Shown here piece after piece: positions 45,502 to 54,657 of a stretch of DNA of 64,000 bases. The stretch is from positions 1,504,001-1,568,000 of the forward strand of contig OZ218778.1 of the NCBI GenBank assembly GCA_965112635.1, in the 5' to 3' direction. A program made the translations under genes and the position numbers. The number at the start of each line of letters is the position of its first letter. Within the stretch, counting starts at the first letter, position 1. A model generated the notes under the pieces. It was given only the letters and a program-made list of their open reading frames with translations. It did no database searches and was not told the origin of the DNA. The DNA comes from an uncultured bacterium. Lineage in GTDB: Bacteria; Oederibacteriota; Oederibacteriia; Oederibacteriales; Oederibacteriaceae.

Positions 45502-47655
45502 ATGCAGCCTGAGACATCGTCTTCCGGCGGTCCACCAGTCAAAGGTTCCAGCCTTGTCCACCATGTCCCTACAGGTGTTCTAATCTTGTTGCTTTTTTTA
45601 CTTCCGCTCGTTTTTTCCCTGCAGTCGCACGACCCTTTCCGGCCCCTGCAACTTTGCCTGGCTGAAACAGGCACCCTGCTGGCCATCCTGCTCTGGATGC
45701 TGCCCCTCACCACCCAGGCAATCCTTCCGCTGGTCAGGACTGGTTTGGGCTGGCCTGTGTTCATTTTTTTCCTGCTCAGTTTTCTCTCCTGCTTTGGAGC
45801 GCCGAACCAAGCCGTGGCCTGGAGGGGTTTGGGCGAGACCCTTTGCTGGATCTTGTTCTATTATATTTTCACCCAGCTTGGGCTTGGCCGCAAAACAAGG
45901 ATGACCGTGCTGGCCGCCATCCTCGCCGCGACCTGCCTCACCAGCCTGTATTCGCTGGTCCAGCTGGCCGGGCTTGACCCCGTTGCCTGGGACAACCAGT
46001 TCCAGGGACGAATGTTCGGCACTTTTGGCAACCCGGATTTTTTGGCCGGTCATTTGGTCCTGGTGGCCCCGCTCTGCCTGGCCTTGTTCCTGGCGGGGGA
46101 GGGACGGCCGGTGAAGATCATATTCGGCGGTCTTGGCCTCTTGTTCCTTGTCTGCCTGGCAGGGACCCAGACGCGGGGAGCTTGGCTGGGTTTGGGCGTG
46201 TCCGTTCTTTTTATGGCCTGCTTGGGATGGAAATATTTCCAGGGACAGTGGCTGAAGAACAAGGCGTGGTTCTTCGGATTTGGCGGGACCGTGATCGTCC
46301 TCCTGCTTTTATTCTTCAGCCTGGCCGGCACATCCAGGATCACGGCGCTTTTCAACCCATCGGCTGAAGGCAACCTCAACCAGCGTTTATTCCTGTGGAA
46401 AGGGACTTTGGGGATCATCAGGGACCATCCCTGGACAGGAGTGGGCTGCGATAATTTTAAGATCGTCTATCCCCTTTATGAGGGAAAGCTGGCCGCCAGT
46501 ATGCCCGGACGATCCGTGCCCTACCACCGCTCCGATCACAGCCATAACGACTTTTTGCAGATGGCCGCGGAGAGGGGTCTAGCCTGCCTGGGCGTTTTCC
46601 TTTGGATCATAGTGATCGTTTTCCGGCAAGGATTGGCCAATATCCGCCAATGGCAGGCCCAGACCAAAACCCCGTGGTTCAGGGAGGACGCCGTGTGCCT
46701 GGGGCTTATGGCAGGCTTGGCGGGTTTGCTGGTCCACGCCTTTTTCAACTTCCCTTTACGGGTCGTGCCCACGAGTATGACCTTCTGGTGTTTTATCGGC
46801 GTCATCATGCTGTCCAAACCAGACCTCAGTGGCCAGGTGATAGAGGTTCCGCTGGTCCCTGCGGCGGCGGATATCAAAAAACCAGGTAAATTCAAGGTTC
46901 CGTCAAGTTCAATCCCAAACCCGGCGGCCTCGGTTTTTAACCGCACAGCAGCCCAGATGGTCATCGCCGGGGTCATGGCGCTGCTGGTCTATTTTATCGT
47001 CCAGCCCTTTTTGTTCGAAAAAAGCTGGAAGGTCGGGCTGGGTGAGGAGAGCCTGGGGGATCTCAACCAAGCCGCCCAAGCCTATCAGGCCGCAGCGCAA
47101 TTTTCACCGGAGAACTGGGAAGCCCACTTCAGGCTGGCCTCGGTATGCCGCAGGCTGAACCAGGCCGGCCAGGCGTCAGGGGAATATGAGAAGGCGCTCC
47201 AGGACAGCCCCTATGAGGCCGAGGTTTGGGCTGAGGCCGGGCTTTTCTACTGCCAGCAGGGAAATTTCAAGCTGGGGCTGGCCGATACGGCCCAGGCGGT
47301 GCTTTTGGCCCCGCATTACGGCCAGGGCCGCTTTTTTGCCGGAAACGCCCATATGCTGGCCGGCCAGCTTTCCCAAGCCGAGGAACAATACAATAAGGCC
47401 ATCCAGTTAGACCCTGGTTCAGCCGAGTCGCATAACGCCCTGGCCGTGGTTTACGGCAGGCAGGGAAAATATTCCCTGGCCGTCAGCGAAGAGCAGGAAG
47501 CCGTCCGCCTAAGGCCCGGCTACGAAGAGGCCCTGACCAATCTGGGCGTGAGCTATTTCAAGACCGGCAAGGTAAGACAGGCCCGCGCCATAGCCCAACA
47601 AGTCCTGCAGATGGACCCCCGCAACCCCATTGCCCGGCAAATCCTTGCCAGGTAG
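45502..47655 (+). CDS. O-antigen ligase (Wzy_C)-family membrane protein with C-terminal TPRs
   Basis: GTFGNPDFLA, TQTRGAWLG, R..LW, PWTGVG..NF, HSHNDFLQ..AE.G, then TPRs. Confidence 0.88.
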   Translation: MQPETSSSGGPPVKGSSLVHHVPTGVLILLLFLLPLVFSLQSHDPFRPLQLCLAETGTLLAILLWMLPLTTQAILPLVRTGLGWPVFIFFLLSFLSCFGAPNQAVAWRGLGETLCWILFYYIFTQLGLGRKTRMTVLAAILAATCLTSLYSLVQLAGLDPVAWDNQFQGRMFGTFGNPDFLAGHLVLVAPLCLALFLAGEGRPVKIIFGGLGLLFLVCLAGTQTRGAWLGLGVSVLFMACLGWKYFQGQWLKNKAWFFGFGGTVIVLLLLFFSLAGTSRITALFNPSAEGNLNQRLFLWKGTLGIIRDHPWTGVGCDNFKIVYPLYEGKLAASMPGRSVPYHRSDHSHNDFLQMAAERGLACLGVFLWIIVIVFRQGLANIRQWQAQTKTPWFREDAVCLGLMAGLAGLLVHAFFNFPLRVVPTSMTFWCFIGVIMLSKPDLSGQVIEVPLVPAAADIKKPGKFKVPSSSIPNPAASVFNRTAAQMVIAGVMALLVYFIVQPFLFEKSWKVGLGEESLGDLNQAAQAYQAAAQFSPENWEAHFRLASVCRRLNQAGQASGEYEKALQDSPYEAEVWAEAGLFYCQQGNFKLGLADTAQAVLLAPHYGQGRFFAGNAHMLAGQLSQAEEQYNKAIQLDPGSAESHNALAVVYGRQGKYSLAVSEEQEAVRLRPGYEEALTNLGVSYFKTGKVRQARAIAQQVLQMDPRNPIARQILAR

Positions 47656-47724
47656 CAGGACCGGTCCTCTCCCGGTGTGTTAAAATCAGTTTAACCGGTC
47701 CATATTTTGAACAAGGAGCCCTCT

Positions 47725-49917
47725 ATGACGGATAGTGCCGCGGCTGTTCCCATCGCGGAGCCTCTGGGCATCAGCGCCATCCTGGAAAAGGTCAAAGCCC
47801 ACAATTCCGGGACCAACCTGGGATTGATCAGGCGGGCCTACGATTTCGCGGTCAAAGCGCACGCTGACCAAAAAAGGATGTCCGGCGAAAGCGTGCTGGT
47901 GCATTTGCTGGCCGTGGCCGACCTTTTGGCGGACTTCCACATGGACGAGACCACCATCAGCGCCGGTCTGCTGCATGACGTGCTGGAGGACACGGCCGTC
48001 ACGGCCAAGGAGATGAGGGAGGCCTTCGGCGGGGAGATCACCGACCTGGTCGAGGGCGTGACCCACATCAGCACCCTGCGGGCCGTGTCCCGGGAAGAGC
48101 GCCAGATGGAGAACCTGCGGCGCATGTTCCTGGCCATGGCCAAGGATATCAGGGTGGTCCTGATCAAGCTTTCCGACAGGCTCCACAACATGCGCACCCT
48201 TTCCTACCTGCCCGAAGACAAGATCATGCGGATCAGCCTGGAGACCATGGATGTTTACGCGCCTTTGGCGCACCGGCTGGGGATTTACCGGGTAAAATCC
48301 GAACTGGAAGACCTGTGCCTGCGCTACCTCCACCCCGACATCTACCGGGACCTCAAGGAAAAGGTCTCCCAAAAAGCCGCGGAGCGGAACCGCAGGGTGG
48401 AAAAGGCCATCGCCCTGCTGCAGGAGCAGCTGGACCAGGCCGGGATCAAGGCCCAGGTGCAGGGAAGGCCCAAGCATTTTTACAGCATTTACCAGAAGAT
48501 GCAAAAAGGAAAGGCGTTCGAGGAGATCTTCGACCTCAACGCGGTCAGGGTCATCACCGAGGACGTCAAGGACTGCTACGCGGTTTTGGGCTGCGTGCAT
48601 AACCTGTGGAAGCCGGTGCCGGGCAGGTTCAAAGACTATATCGCCATGCCCAAGTCCAACCTCTACCAGTCCCTGCACACCACGGTGGTCAGTCCGGAGG
48701 GCGAGCCTCTAGAGATCCAGATACGGACCAAAGAGATGCACGCCACGGCCGAGTTCGGGGTGGCGGCCCATTGGAGGTACAAGGACGGCCGGGCTGGGCC
48801 CACCGATCTTGACGCCAAATTCATCTGGCTGAGGGAGCTTTTGGAGTCGCACCAGGACGCCAAACCTCCGGCCGAGCTGGTGGAGAACCTCAAAAAGGAC
48901 CTGTTCACGGACGAGGTTTTTGTTTTCACCCCCAAGGGCGAGGTCGTCCAGCTGCCCCGGGGCAGCAGTCCCATTGATTTTGCCTACGCCATCCATTCCA
49001 ACGTCGGCAACCATTGCGGGGGCGCCAGGGTCAACGGGAAAATGACCCCTTTGAAGACCGCGCTCAAGAACGGCGACATCGTGGAGATCGTCATCACCAA
49101 GACCCACGAGCCCAGCCAGCAGTGGCTCAGGTGGGTCAAAACTTCCAAGGCCAAGAACCACATCCGCAGGCTCCTCAAGCAAAAGGCCAGCCTGGAGAAC
49201 CAGGCCAAAGGCAAACGCCTGGTGGAAGAGGAGATCAGCCGCCAGCATTTGGACGCCCAGGCAGTGCTCAGGCAGGAAGAGGACTGGCTCAAAGCCGCCA
49301 GGGCCTTTAACCTGGCCGCGGTGGAGGAGCTGTGGGAGGAAATCGGTTACGGCAATTTCTCGCCCAAGATGGCCCTGGCCAAGGTCATGCCCGGGCTTTA
49401 CCAACAGCAGGAAGAAGAGGAAAAACGCGAGACGCCCAAGCCCAAAAAGTCCAAGGACGGCATCATCGTGGCCGGGCTGGGGGACGTGATGCTCAGGATC
49501 GCCAAATGCTGCAACCCGCTGCCGGGCGAAAAAATAGTCGGGTACCTCAGCCATAACCGGGGCCTGTCCATCCACCTGGTGGAATGTCCCAATATCCTGT
49601 CTCTGGACCACGAGAACGACAAACTGGTCACGGCGGAGTGGGAGAGCGACAGGGAAAGCGGCAAGGCCGGGGTCTACAGCGCGGAGATCGTGTGCAAAGC
49701 CAGGGATAGGGCCAATCTTTTAGCCGACATCCTGCAGGCCATTTCCGGGCAGGGAGTGGCCATCGAGTCGGCCAGCGCCGGGGCGACCGGCCTGGGGCTG
49801 GCCAGCGCCCGGATCACGGTGAGGGTGGAGCATATCCATGAGCTGGCTAGGGTTTTGAAGGCTGTCAGCGGGGTCAAGGATGTGCTGGAGGTCAAACGGG
49901 CCGGGCCTTTGTCCTAG
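47725..49917 (+). CDS. rel: Bifunctional (p)ppGpp synthetase/hydrolase
   Basis: HD motif LLHDVLED, KDYIAMPK.N.YQSLHT, TGS (DFAYAIH), CCNP, ACT domain; ATG after AAGGAG. Confidence 0.95.
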   Translation: MTDSAAAVPIAEPLGISAILEKVKAHNSGTNLGLIRRAYDFAVKAHADQKRMSGESVLVHLLAVADLLADFHMDETTISAGLLHDVLEDTAVTAKEMREAFGGEITDLVEGVTHISTLRAVSREERQMENLRRMFLAMAKDIRVVLIKLSDRLHNMRTLSYLPEDKIMRISLETMDVYAPLAHRLGIYRVKSELEDLCLRYLHPDIYRDLKEKVSQKAAERNRRVEKAIALLQEQLDQAGIKAQVQGRPKHFYSIYQKMQKGKAFEEIFDLNAVRVITEDVKDCYAVLGCVHNLWKPVPGRFKDYIAMPKSNLYQSLHTTVVSPEGEPLEIQIRTKEMHATAEFGVAAHWRYKDGRAGPTDLDAKFIWLRELLESHQDAKPPAELVENLKKDLFTDEVFVFTPKGEVVQLPRGSSPIDFAYAIHSNVGNHCGGARVNGKMTPLKTALKNGDIVEIVITKTHEPSQQWLRWVKTSKAKNHIRRLLKQKASLENQAKGKRLVEEEISRQHLDAQAVLRQEEDWLKAARAFNLAAVEELWEEIGYGNFSPKMALAKVMPGLYQQQEEEEKRETPKPKKSKDGIIVAGLGDVMLRIAKCCNPLPGEKIVGYLSHNRGLSIHLVECPNILSLDHENDKLVTAEWESDRESGKAGVYSAEIVCKARDRANLLADILQAISGQGVAIESASAGATGLGLASARITVRVEHIHELARVLKAVSGVKDVLEVKRAGPLS

Positions 49918-49993
49918 GAAACGCATTGTGTTTGATCAATGAGCCAAATTATCTCACCGCTGGGGGCTAGGCTGGCGCCTAGTGCTAAAAACA

Positions 49994-50027
49994 AAAATCC
50001 CCTGGCCCATAGGGGCCAGGGGATTTT
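49994..50027. terminator. Bidirectional intrinsic terminator between convergent genes
   Basis: AAAATCCCCTGGCCC-atag-GGGCCAGGGGATTTT, perfect 15-bp stem with T-runs on both strands. Confidence 0.9.
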
Positions 50028-50052
50028 CTTTAAGAACGTTCTTAAAACTAAA

Positions 50053-50583
50053 TTACATTCCCAGTGTCACAGCCAGTGTAGCGACTGTAGCATTGAGGTT
50101 CGGGCACGCCGTACCATTGGCGGTCATTGCACCCGTGTTGGCAAATCTGGCATCCAGGTTGAAATCCAGGGACGCGTTGACTTTCTCGCCTTTGCCGGCA
50201 AGGAGTTTGACGGTTCCACGGACATCCACCACTGGGACTACAGGTGAGGCGCTGAACACGCCGCCCGCAGTGACAGCCGCTTGACCGAGGCCGAGGCCGA
50301 CAGCAACTGAGTTGCTGAGCCATTTGTCCACAGTCACCTCAGTGATATTGATTGTACCAGGGGCCAAAAGGGCGACCTGCACCGAGTTAGCTTCTGTGCG
50401 GATTCCATAACCAAAATCGTCAGCATACCAGTTCAACTGACTGGCTGTTCCGACTGATGTTCCCAACACCGCGTTAGCGTATGTTGCATAATTTGCTCCC
50501 CAGGTGAAAGACACCGTGGAAGCTTGGGCCATTGCGCCAAAAGCGAACATGGCCACAATAGCGAGTAACAGAGCTTTCTTCAT
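50053..50583 (-). CDS. Secreted beta-strand-rich protein, putative small outer-membrane beta-barrel
   Basis: RBS AAGGAGG, signal peptide MKKALL...AQA, alternating strands, ends LAVTLGM. Confidence 0.7.
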   Translation of the reverse strand: MKKALLLAIVAMFAFGAMAQASTVSFTWGANYATYANAVLGTSVGTASQLNWYADDFGYGIRTEANSVQVALLAPGTINITEVTVDKWLSNSVAVGLGLGQAAVTAGGVFSASPVVPVVDVRGTVKLLAGKGEKVNASLDFNLDARFANTGAMTANGTACPNLNATVATLAVTLGM

Positions 50584-50613
50584 TTATATCCCTCCTTGAA
50601 ATTTTATATTTTT

Positions 50614-51288
50614 TTAGAACCCGATCGTGACACCCAGCGAAACATCCACACTGTTCAAGTTATTGACAGCGCTGATGCTGCTGGCACCGCCCGCCGCGTT
50701 GGTTTCCTGATATCCCAGAACATTACAATCGGGAACAGGAATGAAACGCACTGCCGCGGCCAAATCAACTTCTGACCAGAGACCTTTGGACTTGGCGCTG
50801 AGCATGGCCCATTTACCGCGAAGGCCGATCACTGGATAACTGCCCGTTAATGAGGCAGGGGTTCCGAAATCAGTTGCAAAAGCTCCTGCTGCACCATTGC
50901 GGGTAAAGACATCTGAAGTATCCTGAGCTCTGGCCACACCCATTTCAATACCTGCTGACAGCATATCCAAGCCCGGGATCGTGGAGTTGATGTCCAGTCC
51001 GGTCATGTTGATAGTGCCGTTGTAGGTCTCTTGATAGTTGATGGTGTTGGTATATGACATTTGGGCGCGAAGACTACCAGCTTCGTTGAACACACCAATT
51101 GTCATGGTATCCCCAATCTGCCAGCCCAGGTCGAACCTGTTGCTGAATCCCTGCATTGTAAAGTTGGAAGTTAATGGGATCGTCGGGCCGACATTCCACA
51201 TGAAACCTAACCCGGCGTTATCGGCTGACACCATCTGGCTCCCAGCCAATGCAAAGATGCATACCGCTAAAACTAAAGCTTTCTTCAT
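50614..51288 (-). CDS. Putative outer-membrane beta-barrel protein (paralog of the neighbour)
   Basis: RBS AGGAGGTGA, signal peptide MKKALV..., C-terminal VSLGVTIGF beta-signal-like end. Confidence 0.75.
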   Translation of the reverse strand: MKKALVLAVCIFALAGSQMVSADNAGLGFMWNVGPTIPLTSNFTMQGFSNRFDLGWQIGDTMTIGVFNEAGSLRAQMSYTNTINYQETYNGTINMTGLDINSTIPGLDMLSAGIEMGVARAQDTSDVFTRNGAAGAFATDFGTPASLTGSYPVIGLRGKWAMLSAKSKGLWSEVDLAAAVRFIPVPDCNVLGYQETNAAGGASSISAVNNLNSVDVSLGVTIGF

Positions 51289-51343
51289 TTTATAAATCAC
51301 CTCCTCATTATTGAGTTTAATGTACTATAACTTATTAGGCTAA

Positions 51344-51371
51344 ATCCTATAATATTATACGAATTTGTCAA
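51344..51371 (-). promoter_or_regulatory. Putative sigma70 promoter of the OMP pair
   Basis: Minus strand TTGACA, 16 bp, TAGGAT; the spacer holds palindrome TATAATATTATA. Confidence 0.45.
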
Positions 51372-51661
51372 GGGTTAGGGCCCAAATTCCTCTATTTATT
51401 AGCATAATATTAGCGGTAAAAATACGGCTTTTTTGCTTGAGACCTCCCATTGTGGGGTTTAAGGGGGTTTTTAGGCATGGGTTAAAAACACGGGTTGGGC
51501 TGTTTTGGCGGTGTGTCGGGGAAATAACAGGTTTTTAGGGATGGGCCGCTCCACCACAGGAAGGATTGTTTTGAAATCCCAGTACTATATATAGTAAGCC
51601 CCCGTTTAAAAAAAATGAAAAGCCTTCCATAAGGTAATTTATGGGTACGATAAAAAAATTT

Positions 51662-53080
51662 TTATTTCAAATAGTCGCTGAGGAGGAAGAAGAAGCTGGG
51701 CCAGAGGCCGGTCAAAAGCACCCCCAGAGCCATGAGCAAGGCCGCGAACCGGGCGTTGTCGGAGGCGGGTGGAACCTGTCCTTTGGCTTCGCTTTCAGGC
51801 CTCATGTAGAGGTAAACAAGGATCCTGAGGTAATAGTAGGCGGAGATGGCGCTATTCAGGACAGCCAGGATGGTCAGCCAGAGGTAGCCGCCCTTGATGG
51901 CGCTGCTGAAAAGATAAAATTTGGCCATAAACCCGCCTGTAGGCGGCACGCCGGTCAGGGAGAGCATGAACACGGCCATGCAAAAGCCGGCTACCGGCTG
52001 TTTGTAGCCCAGGCCGCTGTAGGCGCTGATATCCAGGTTTTGGCCGGCTTTCCCTTCCCATCCCAGCACCAGGCTGAAGGCGCCCAGGGTCATCAGGGTA
52101 TAGACGAACAGGTAAAAAACCATGGGGAAGGAGCCCTGGCCCAGGACCAGCACGCCGATAAGGATGTATCCGGTCTGGGCGATGCTGGAATAGGCGAGCA
52201 TGCGTTTGACATTGTCCTGCCTGATGGCCAAAACATTGCCCACGGTCATGGTGGCCAGGGCCAAAACCCACCACAGCAAGTTCCAGTCCGGCATTGTTCC
52301 CAAAAATATCCCCTGGACCACCCTGATGAGCATGACAAACCCGGCTACTTTTCCGGCCGTGGCCAGGTAGGCCGTGACCGGGGTGGGCGCGCCTTCGTAA
52401 GTGTCCGGTATCCACATATGGAAAGGCACGGCGCCGACCTTAAAAGCCAGGCCGATGACAAAGAGCACGCAGGCCGCTTTGACCAGACCGGCCTGATTCC
52501 CTGACGCGGCCAGGAGTGCCGGGATGGCCGAAAGGTCCAGGGAGCCCGTGGCCCCGTAGATGAGGCTGAGGCCGTAGAGCAAAAACCCGCTGGCAAAGGC
52601 GCTCAAAAGGAAATATTTCAGGGACGCTTCCCTGGACCGGGGGTTAGCCCGGTCAAACCCGGCCAGCACATACAAGGCCAGGGAAAAGGTCTCCAGGGCC
52701 AGGAACAGGGTGACCAAATTCTGGCTGGACACCATCCAGAGCATGCCCAGGCTGGCAAAAAGGATGAGGCCGTAGTATTCAGCCTGGTTGTTCTTGTTCT
52801 CCTGCAGGTAGGGATGGGAGACCAGTAAAGTCAAAAAGGTCACGCCCAGGATGATGAGGCTGGCGACCCAGGACAGGGGATCGCTCCAAAGCATGTTATG
52901 GAACAGGCCGGCCGGCTCCAGGCTGAAATTGTCCACCTGGACGATGGCGGCTATGCCCGTGCCCAGGAGGGCCACGGCCAGGTTAAGGGTCTTGTCCGTT
53001 TCCGGGCTGATGAGGTCCAGGCTGAGAGCCACCAGGGCGGTCAAGAAGAGTATGGCCGAAGGCATCCAGAGATGGGTCAT
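51662..53080 (-). CDS. nuoN: NADH-quinone oxidoreductase subunit N
   Basis: EASLKYF, FKVGAVPFHMW.PD.YEGAPTPV, KRMLAYSSI. Confidence 0.95.
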   Translation of the reverse strand: MTHLWMPSAILFLTALVALSLDLISPETDKTLNLAVALLGTGIAAIVQVDNFSLEPAGLFHNMLWSDPLSWVASLIILGVTFLTLLVSHPYLQENKNNQAEYYGLILFASLGMLWMVSSQNLVTLFLALETFSLALYVLAGFDRANPRSREASLKYFLLSAFASGFLLYGLSLIYGATGSLDLSAIPALLAASGNQAGLVKAACVLFVIGLAFKVGAVPFHMWIPDTYEGAPTPVTAYLATAGKVAGFVMLIRVVQGIFLGTMPDWNLLWWVLALATMTVGNVLAIRQDNVKRMLAYSSIAQTGYILIGVLVLGQGSFPMVFYLFVYTLMTLGAFSLVLGWEGKAGQNLDISAYSGLGYKQPVAGFCMAVFMLSLTGVPPTGGFMAKFYLFSSAIKGGYLWLTILAVLNSAISAYYYLRILVYLYMRPESEAKGQVPPASDNARFAALLMALGVLLTGLWPSFFFLLSDYLK

Positions 53081-54657
53081 TTTTCCTCCATGTTTTCGTC
53101 AAAAGCCTGGTCCTGCTGGACGGTCAGCAGGGAGGTTTGGATAACCTCATTGTGGGCCGCAACCAGCGGTTTAGTTTCCACGGTGTAGCGGCTGACCAGG
53201 GGCTGGACCGAAGGCTCTATTTTATCCAGCAGACAGGAGGGATACAGGCCGATGGCGAATATCAGGACCACCAAAGAGGCCAGCAAAACGAATTCCCGGC
53301 CGTCAATATCCTTGAGCCCGGCCACGACCTCGTTGGTGACCTTGCCCAGCATGACTTTTTGGTACATGGTCAGGAGGTAGACGGCGGCCAGGATGACGCC
53401 CAGGGCCGCGACAGCAGTGAAATAAGGATGAGGTTTAAAGGTTCCCAGCAGGATGAGGAATTCACCGACAAAACCGTTGGTCGAGGGCAGGGCCAAAGAA
53501 GACAAGACGACCGGCAGGAAGAACAGGGCCAGTTTGGGCATGACCTTAGAGACCCCGCCCAACTTGCTGAGTTCCCTGGTATGCGTGCGCTCGTAAAGGA
53601 TGCCCACAATCAAAAAGAGCGCGCCCGTGGACAGGCCGTGGTTGACCATCTGCAGGACGCTTCCGGTCACACCCATCAGCCCCAGGGAGTAAACGCCCAG
53701 GATGACAAAGCCCATATGGCTCACGCTGGAGTAGGCCACCAGTTTTTTCAAGTCGGTCTGGACCATGACCATCATGGCGCCGTACACGATGCTGATGACG
53801 GCCAATGTCAGGACAATGGGAGAGACCAGGACCATGGCGGCCGGGAACAGGGGCAGACAAAAACGGATGAAGCCATAACCGCCCATCTTGAGCAGGACGC
53901 CGGCCAGGATGATGCTCCCGGCGGTCGGGGCCTCCACATGGGCGTCAGGCAGCCAGGTGTGCAGGGGGAAGAGCGGCACCTTGACGGCGAAAGCGAGGAA
54001 CAGTCCCCAAAAGAGCCACAACTGGACGGACGGGTCCAGGGGGGTTTCCAGGAGGCTGGGGATGTCGAAAGTGAACACCCGCGCTTCCTGGTGGTGCAGG
54101 TAGTAGAGGCAGATGAGGGCGACCAGCATGATGACGCTGCCCGCCATGGTATAGATGAAGAATTTTATGGTGGCATACACCCGGCGGGGCCCGCCCCAGA
54201 TGCCGATGAGGAAATACATGGGAATGAGGGTCAGTTCCCAAAATACATAGAAAAGGAACAGGTCGCTGCTGATAAAAACGCCGAGCAGGGCCGTGGTCAG
54301 GAGCAGCATCAGGAAGGAGAACCCCTTCAGGTGCGCGTCAATGGCTTTCCACGCCGAGAGATAGGCCACCGGCATGAGGTAGGCGGTCAAAAGCACGAGG
54401 AACAGGGAGATGCCGTCGATGCCCAGGGAATAGCTGATGCCGAACTCGGTGATCCAGGGTATTTTTTCGGTGAACTGCATACCGGCCATGCCCGGAGTCC
54501 AGTAAATATAAAGCAGGCTGGCCAGCCCCAGCTCGATCAACAGGACCGCGGAGGTAAAGATCTTGAGCAGGCCGGCCCTTTGCTTGTTTATCCCCAGGAG
54601 CAGGACGCATCCCGCGATGGGCCACCAGAGCAAAATGGAAAGGATAGGCAGGTTCAT
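53077..54657 (-). CDS. nuoM: NADH-quinone oxidoreductase subunit M
   Basis: FYVFWE, KVPLFPLHTWLPDAHVEAPT, LLKMGGYG, AYSSVSHMG; ATG overlaps the nuoL stop. Confidence 0.95.
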   Translation of the reverse strand: MNLPILSILLWWPIAGCVLLLGINKQRAGLLKIFTSAVLLIELGLASLLYIYWTPGMAGMQFTEKIPWITEFGISYSLGIDGISLFLVLLTAYLMPVAYLSAWKAIDAHLKGFSFLMLLLTTALLGVFISSDLFLFYVFWELTLIPMYFLIGIWGGPRRVYATIKFFIYTMAGSVIMLVALICLYYLHHQEARVFTFDIPSLLETPLDPSVQLWLFWGLFLAFAVKVPLFPLHTWLPDAHVEAPTAGSIILAGVLLKMGGYGFIRFCLPLFPAAMVLVSPIVLTLAVISIVYGAMMVMVQTDLKKLVAYSSVSHMGFVILGVYSLGLMGVTGSVLQMVNHGLSTGALFLIVGILYERTHTRELSKLGGVSKVMPKLALFFLPVVLSSLALPSTNGFVGEFLILLGTFKPHPYFTAVAALGVILAAVYLLTMYQKVMLGKVTNEVVAGLKDIDGREFVLLASLVVLIFAIGLYPSCLLDKIEPSVQPLVSRYTVETKPLVAAHNEVIQTSLLTVQQDQAFDENMEEK

